Positions 60,360 through 64,000 of a stretch of 64,000 nt of DNA are shown here, piece after piece (positions within the stretch are counted from its first letter, which is position 1; the number at the start of each line of letters is the position of its first letter). Origin of the DNA: a virus (Duplodnaviria; Caudoviricetes); IMG/VR virus record IMGVR_UViG_3300014204_000110; one strand, 5' to 3'. The notes below the pieces were generated by a model. It worked only from the letters and a program-made list of their open reading frames with translations. It was not told the origin of the DNA and did no database searches. Both the position numbers and the translations under genes were made by a program.

Positions 60360-61010
60360 TTATTTAGATTTTCGTTGATGTTTATATTTTCTAAAACTAT
60401 ATTTATCAAATCCTTTAGATTGAGCTTTAAGTGTGTCACTTATAGGCCAAGGTTCCTTCTCTGGAGTTGATAAAACTCCAGAAATAAATTGTTGTATCTT
60501 TTGAAATATTGTATAATTATCCATTACTTTTTGAAATTCAAATGGTTTTAGAAATGGATCTTTAAATAAAGTTAAATTTTTATATCTATCCTGAAAATTA
60601 AAAGAACTATTAAGTAATATTGGAGTTTTATATTTAATATGTAACTCAAATAGTTCTTGTGAAAAACCAGTTTGAAAGCTTGTTTTATGTATTTTATCTA
60701 TAGATTTTTCATATTTTGTATTTGTAAGTATTTTAATAAGTGCATCTCTAGAATATACAATCAAGCTTTTCGATAGATAATATCCTGAAACTAAAACTCC
60801 ATTATAATAATTACCACATATAGAAATTAAAAAAGATTCATATTGTGGTTCATAATTATTATAATAACTATTATTAAACATTGTATATAATTCTTTAGAT
60901 TTAAAATTATCTAGAACTACTTCAGATTTTCTAAAGTATTTAATACTTTTATCTATTCCAAGATTCATTATGTTGTCATAAAAGTCATGAAATGAACTAT
61001 AAATTACCAT
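60360..61010 (-). CDS. conserved phage protein
   Basis: I.S.FHDFYD...P.LK.F.F.KV.D.YT.FQ.I.QFISGVL...KGFDKYSFR. Confidence 0.6.
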   Translation of the reverse strand: MVIYSSFHDFYDNIMNLGIDKSIKYFRKSEVVLDNFKSKELYTMFNNSYYNNYEPQYESFLISICGNYYNGVLVSGYYLSKSLIVYSRDALIKILTNTKYEKSIDKIHKTSFQTGFSQELFELHIKYKTPILLNSSFNFQDRYKNLTLFKDPFLKPFEFQKVMDNYTIFQKIQQFISGVLSTPEKEPWPISDTLKAQSKGFDKYSFRKYKHQRKSK

Positions 61011-61011
61011 A

Positions 61012-62022
61012 CTATGCTACTTGTTTATGTTTGATTGAACTATAAAGTGAAGCTCCAATGAATCCTACACCAATAAGTCCAGTAATTACTTCTGGAACTT
61101 TAATAAAAGTGTCCATAAACATTATAATAGCAAGAGCACCAATTGCCCAATGCGCTCCATGTTCTAGATATATAAACTCTTTGAGAGTCTTTTTATCTAC
61201 AAGATATATTGTAAGACTTCTTACAAACATGGCACCGATACCAAGACCAATAGCTATAAGAACTATATCTTTACTAAGAGCAAATGCTCCAATAACACCA
61301 TCAAATGAGAAACTTGCATCAATGAGTTCTAGATATAAAAATAGAACAACACCAGCATGTTTAATAAGCTTTTCTTCACCTTTAAGTATAAATTCGCTAA
61401 GTTTATCTATAACTATAAATAAAGCTACTCCACTAATTGATGAAAAAGCTAGAATACTTTGTACATTTTTTGGAGATATATTTAATATTGTTACTAATAT
61501 TGTCATATATATTAATAAAGGCCAAGTTAAATTCCATCCATTTATTAATTTAATATAATGTTTTTCTCCAGGTAACCAGTGTGTTTCTTTTTCTTTATCA
61601 AATATAAAAGTAAGAAAAATCATAAGTAAGAAACTACCACCAAACATAGATATGAGATTATTACATGATTCTAGATGATGACTATAAGCCAACCCATCAA
61701 ATAAAGCTAACTTAACTGTTTCTAGTAAATTAATACCAGCAAATATACTTACAAGTACAATTGGAAATATAAGTCTCATTCCAAATACTGCTACAAGTAT
61801 TCCCCACGTAAGAAATCTACGTTGCCATATTTTAGGCATAAGTTCAAGTTTTGTTGCATTTATAACGGCGTTATCAAAACTAAGACTTACCTCAAGTACT
61901 CCAAGAAACAAAGCAAGTAAGCTATAAGATAATCCAGTCTGGAGATCTATACGAAGTCCCCATAAAAATGCTAAAATTACTCCAATTACTGTAATAATAA
62001 ATGACATTTTAAAGTACTTCAC
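61012..62022 (-). CDS. terC: TerC-family integral membrane protein (DUF475 type)
   Basis: LEVSLSFDNAVINA, WQRRFLTWGI..AVFGMRL, FLYLE..DASFSFDGVIGAFA, YLEHGAHWAIG. Confidence 0.9.
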   Translation of the reverse strand: MKYFKMSFIITVIGVILAFLWGLRIDLQTGLSYSLLALFLGVLEVSLSFDNAVINATKLELMPKIWQRRFLTWGILVAVFGMRLIFPIVLVSIFAGINLLETVKLALFDGLAYSHHLESCNNLISMFGGSFLLMIFLTFIFDKEKETHWLPGEKHYIKLINGWNLTWPLLIYMTILVTILNISPKNVQSILAFSSISGVALFIVIDKLSEFILKGEEKLIKHAGVVLFLYLELIDASFSFDGVIGAFALSKDIVLIAIGLGIGAMFVRSLTIYLVDKKTLKEFIYLEHGAHWAIGALAIIMFMDTFIKVPEVITGLIGVGFIGASLYSSIKHKQVA

Positions 62023-62674
62023 AAAGATCTCCTTATTTAAGTTTCAAAGTGTTCGTGTATTTTTAGTATTAAACCTATGCCAAAAATTATTAAACAAATA
62101 CTATTTATGATTAATGGATATATTAAATCTGGTATTTTATCTATCATACTAAGCTGAAAAATAACAGTTACTAAATTTAATATAAAAAATGTTAAATTAT
62201 ATAACATATATTACCTACTTAAATATTTTAAAAAATAATGCTTGTTCTTCAATTGAATTTGGTGTAAATAAACAGATTATTAATGAAATTATAAATACTA
62301 TCAATGATTCTTTCCAAAATGATTTATCATTTAAAATAAATAAAACAAATGAAATAAATGATAAATAAAATACTATTGTTGCAGTGTTATTTAAAGATAA
62401 TATTAAAAATTTCATAATAATCTCCTTAATTACTTCTTTTTACGTTCAAGTTCAATCTTAAGTTTTTCTCCAGCAATACTTTCGACTGTTGCTGTTCCAA
62501 TAAATGGAATATTGAACTTTTTAGATACAATGTGTCCTCCAGATTGACCAGCCATTTTAAATAGTTTCTTCTGGAGACCAGTAAGCGAAAGAATGATAGC
62601 AATAACAATAACCCAACCAAGTAGGGCAATTGACCAACCAATTAATGTAAACATAATTTCTCCTTAAATGAAAT

Positions 62675-62707
62675 AAAAAAGGGAACCGACCGTTAAGTCA
62701 GTTCCCT
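62675..62707 (-). terminator. intrinsic terminator after terB
   Basis: GGGAACUGAC-UUAACG-GUCGGUUCCC plus U tract. Confidence 0.8.
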
Positions 62708-62730
62708 AATGTTATAATAGTATGTATTAA

Positions 62731-63138
62731 TTAGATACCAAGTGACTTGAGAGCAGCATCAAAAGCAGGATCAATTGAAATTGCTTTTGCACGTACTGCA
62801 ACAAGTACTGCACGTTCAGTAGCATCAACACCACCATCCTTCATAAGAAGGTCTGTAAGCCACTGTGCTTCAGTAGCATCGATAACTCCAGGCGAACCTG
62901 CATCGTTAAGCGTAGCGTCACATACTGCGTCTGACATGAGTGTTACGAATGAAGGATCAACGTTACCTGAACACGCATCGTTGATCTGAAACAATGCTTC
63001 AACTTCTTCTTTTGAAACTACGCTATCTGCATAGATTTCTGTACGAAGCTGTGTGACTTCATCTGCATCAACTTTACCATCTGCAATTACTGCCGCTACG
63101 AGATCTTTAAGAGACATGAAATACTCCTTAAGAGACAT
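62731..63138 (-). CDS. terB: TerB-like protein
   Basis: VIADGKVDADEV..LR...ADSVVS.EE...GVIDATEA.WL....DG.VDATE. Confidence 0.8.
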   Translation of the reverse strand: MSLKEYFMSLKDLVAAVIADGKVDADEVTQLRTEIYADSVVSKEEVEALFQINDACSGNVDPSFVTLMSDAVCDATLNDAGSPGVIDATEAQWLTDLLMKDGGVDATERAVLVAVRAKAISIDPAFDAALKSLGI

Positions 63139-63148
63139 GAAATACTCC
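63107..63148. repeat. perfect 21-bp tandem duplication of RBS plus start codon
   Basis: TTAAGAGACATGAAATACTCC x2. Confidence 0.95.
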
Positions 63149-63197
63149 TTAAATTGAAGTTAAAGGTAATTGATAAATAATACTAATTCAAAAAAAT

Positions 63198-63267
63198 ATA
63201 AAATACTATATTTATGGTTGTTTTACATCCAAATTAGTAGCTATGCTTCTAATCTATAGTATTTTAT
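63198..63267 (-). ncRNA. putative three-way-junction RNA between terD-like and terB genes
   Basis: 13-bp stem ATAAAATACTATA/TATAGTATTTTAT enclosing two hairpins. Confidence 0.35.
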
Positions 63268-63288
63268 TAGTTACCAGCAATATTAAAT

Positions 63289-63855
63289 TTACTTTGTGAG
63301 AGCGTTAGCGCCAGGAATAGTTGTAACCAGTGTATCTAGAGACATGATTTTACCAACATTGATAAACTCTGCTCCAATTGCGCCATTCTTAATTGTACAA
63401 AGATGTGCTGCTACACCAGTTTCTGTACTATTAAGCTGACCCTGTACAAGACAACTTCCATCTTCTTTTACCATATTGATGCTTGCGTCGTAATTTGAAA
63501 AGCTTACGCTATTACCTTCACTTGCATCTGTGTAGTTAAGACAAACTATGTATAGTTCATCTACTGAAGCATCGATTTTATTAATGGTGATAAATTCTTC
63601 TTTATCACCATCTTTTAAATCAACACCAGCATCATCTTCCATATTAATAAATGGAAAAGAATTTAGATCTCCTTGGCTTCCTCCAAGTCTTTTTGTAAAA
63701 ATACTGAAATTACTTCCATCCTTGTTTTTTCCAAAAAGCATTAAGTCTAGGTCTACTTTAGCTTTCCACTGAAGTACAATTCGCATCTGCTTAATTGTAC
63801 CAACTGATGCACTTGCGTTCTTATCTTTAAGAACGATTTTTGGTTTAAGTTCCAC
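63289..63855 (-). CDS. TerD/TerA-family stress protein
   Basis: LQW...VDLDL, G.L..FPFI....DAG.....EE.I.I. Confidence 0.8.
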   Translation of the reverse strand: MELKPKIVLKDKNASASVGTIKQMRIVLQWKAKVDLDLMLFGKNKDGSNFSIFTKRLGGSQGDLNSFPFINMEDDAGVDLKDGDKEEFITINKIDASVDELYIVCLNYTDASEGNSVSFSNYDASINMVKEDGSCLVQGQLNSTETGVAAHLCTIKNGAIGAEFINVGKIMSLDTLVTTIPGANALTK

Positions 63856-63904
63856 AACTTACTCCTTGTTAAAGTTAAATGTATCAGAAAAATTAAAAAT
63901 AAAA

Positions 63905-64000
63905 TTAAAGTATTCCAACTTGTTTAGCAGCATTCTGCCAGATATCGTATTCTTCAAGAAGAGCTTTATACAGATCTTCATCTGAAGTTTTATTGATATC
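63905..64000 (-). CDS. C-terminus of TerF-type vWA protein (partial, window edge)
   Basis: DINKTSDEDLYKALLEEYDIWQNAAKQVGIL*. Confidence 0.55.
   Translation of the reverse strand, partial: DINKTSDEDLYKALLEEYDIWQNAAKQVGIL

Noticed and set aside
325-63772. All plus-strand ORFs in the track
   Set aside because: They are antisense shadows of well-supported minus-strand genes, with no RBS or recognisable motifs.
1-64000. Alternative genetic code (stop-codon recoding)
   Set aside because: Long genes are intact in the standard code, TAA, TAG and TGA all terminate genes at expected ends, and no suppressor tRNA is seen.

Overview
A very AT-rich (roughly a quarter G+C by eye), gene-dense 64 kb segment in which every credible gene lies on the minus strand. 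It reads as the early/middle (non-structural) region of a large tailed bacteriophage; no capsid, tail or terminase gene was recognised, so the phage assignment is inference. It encodes replication and recombination proteins (family B DNA polymerase, RecA/UvsX, UvrD, SSB, ATP-dependent ligase, two AEP-fold proteins, resolvase-like nucleases), two AAA+ machines, a Ubl(-GG)/E1 module, a PurZ-like enzyme and a PncA-PncB-NadE NAD salvage set. It also carries a Ter stress cluster with a vWA/PP2C/kinase triad, five tRNAs and a Ro60/TROVE gene. Two patterns are not explained by ordinary annotation. First, a short peptide motif [I/V/L/M]-N-L-R-x(0-1)-D sits at the extreme N- or C-terminus of 15 mostly unrelated proteins and is encoded by diverse synonymous codons, so it looks like a genome-wide address tag. 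Second, six Y-RNA-like ncRNAs upstream of Ro60 share one scaffold but carry interchangeable payload domains, three of them circularly permuted tRNAs. Several further orphan structured intergenic RNAs are present. All family calls come from motif recognition by eye, without database searches.
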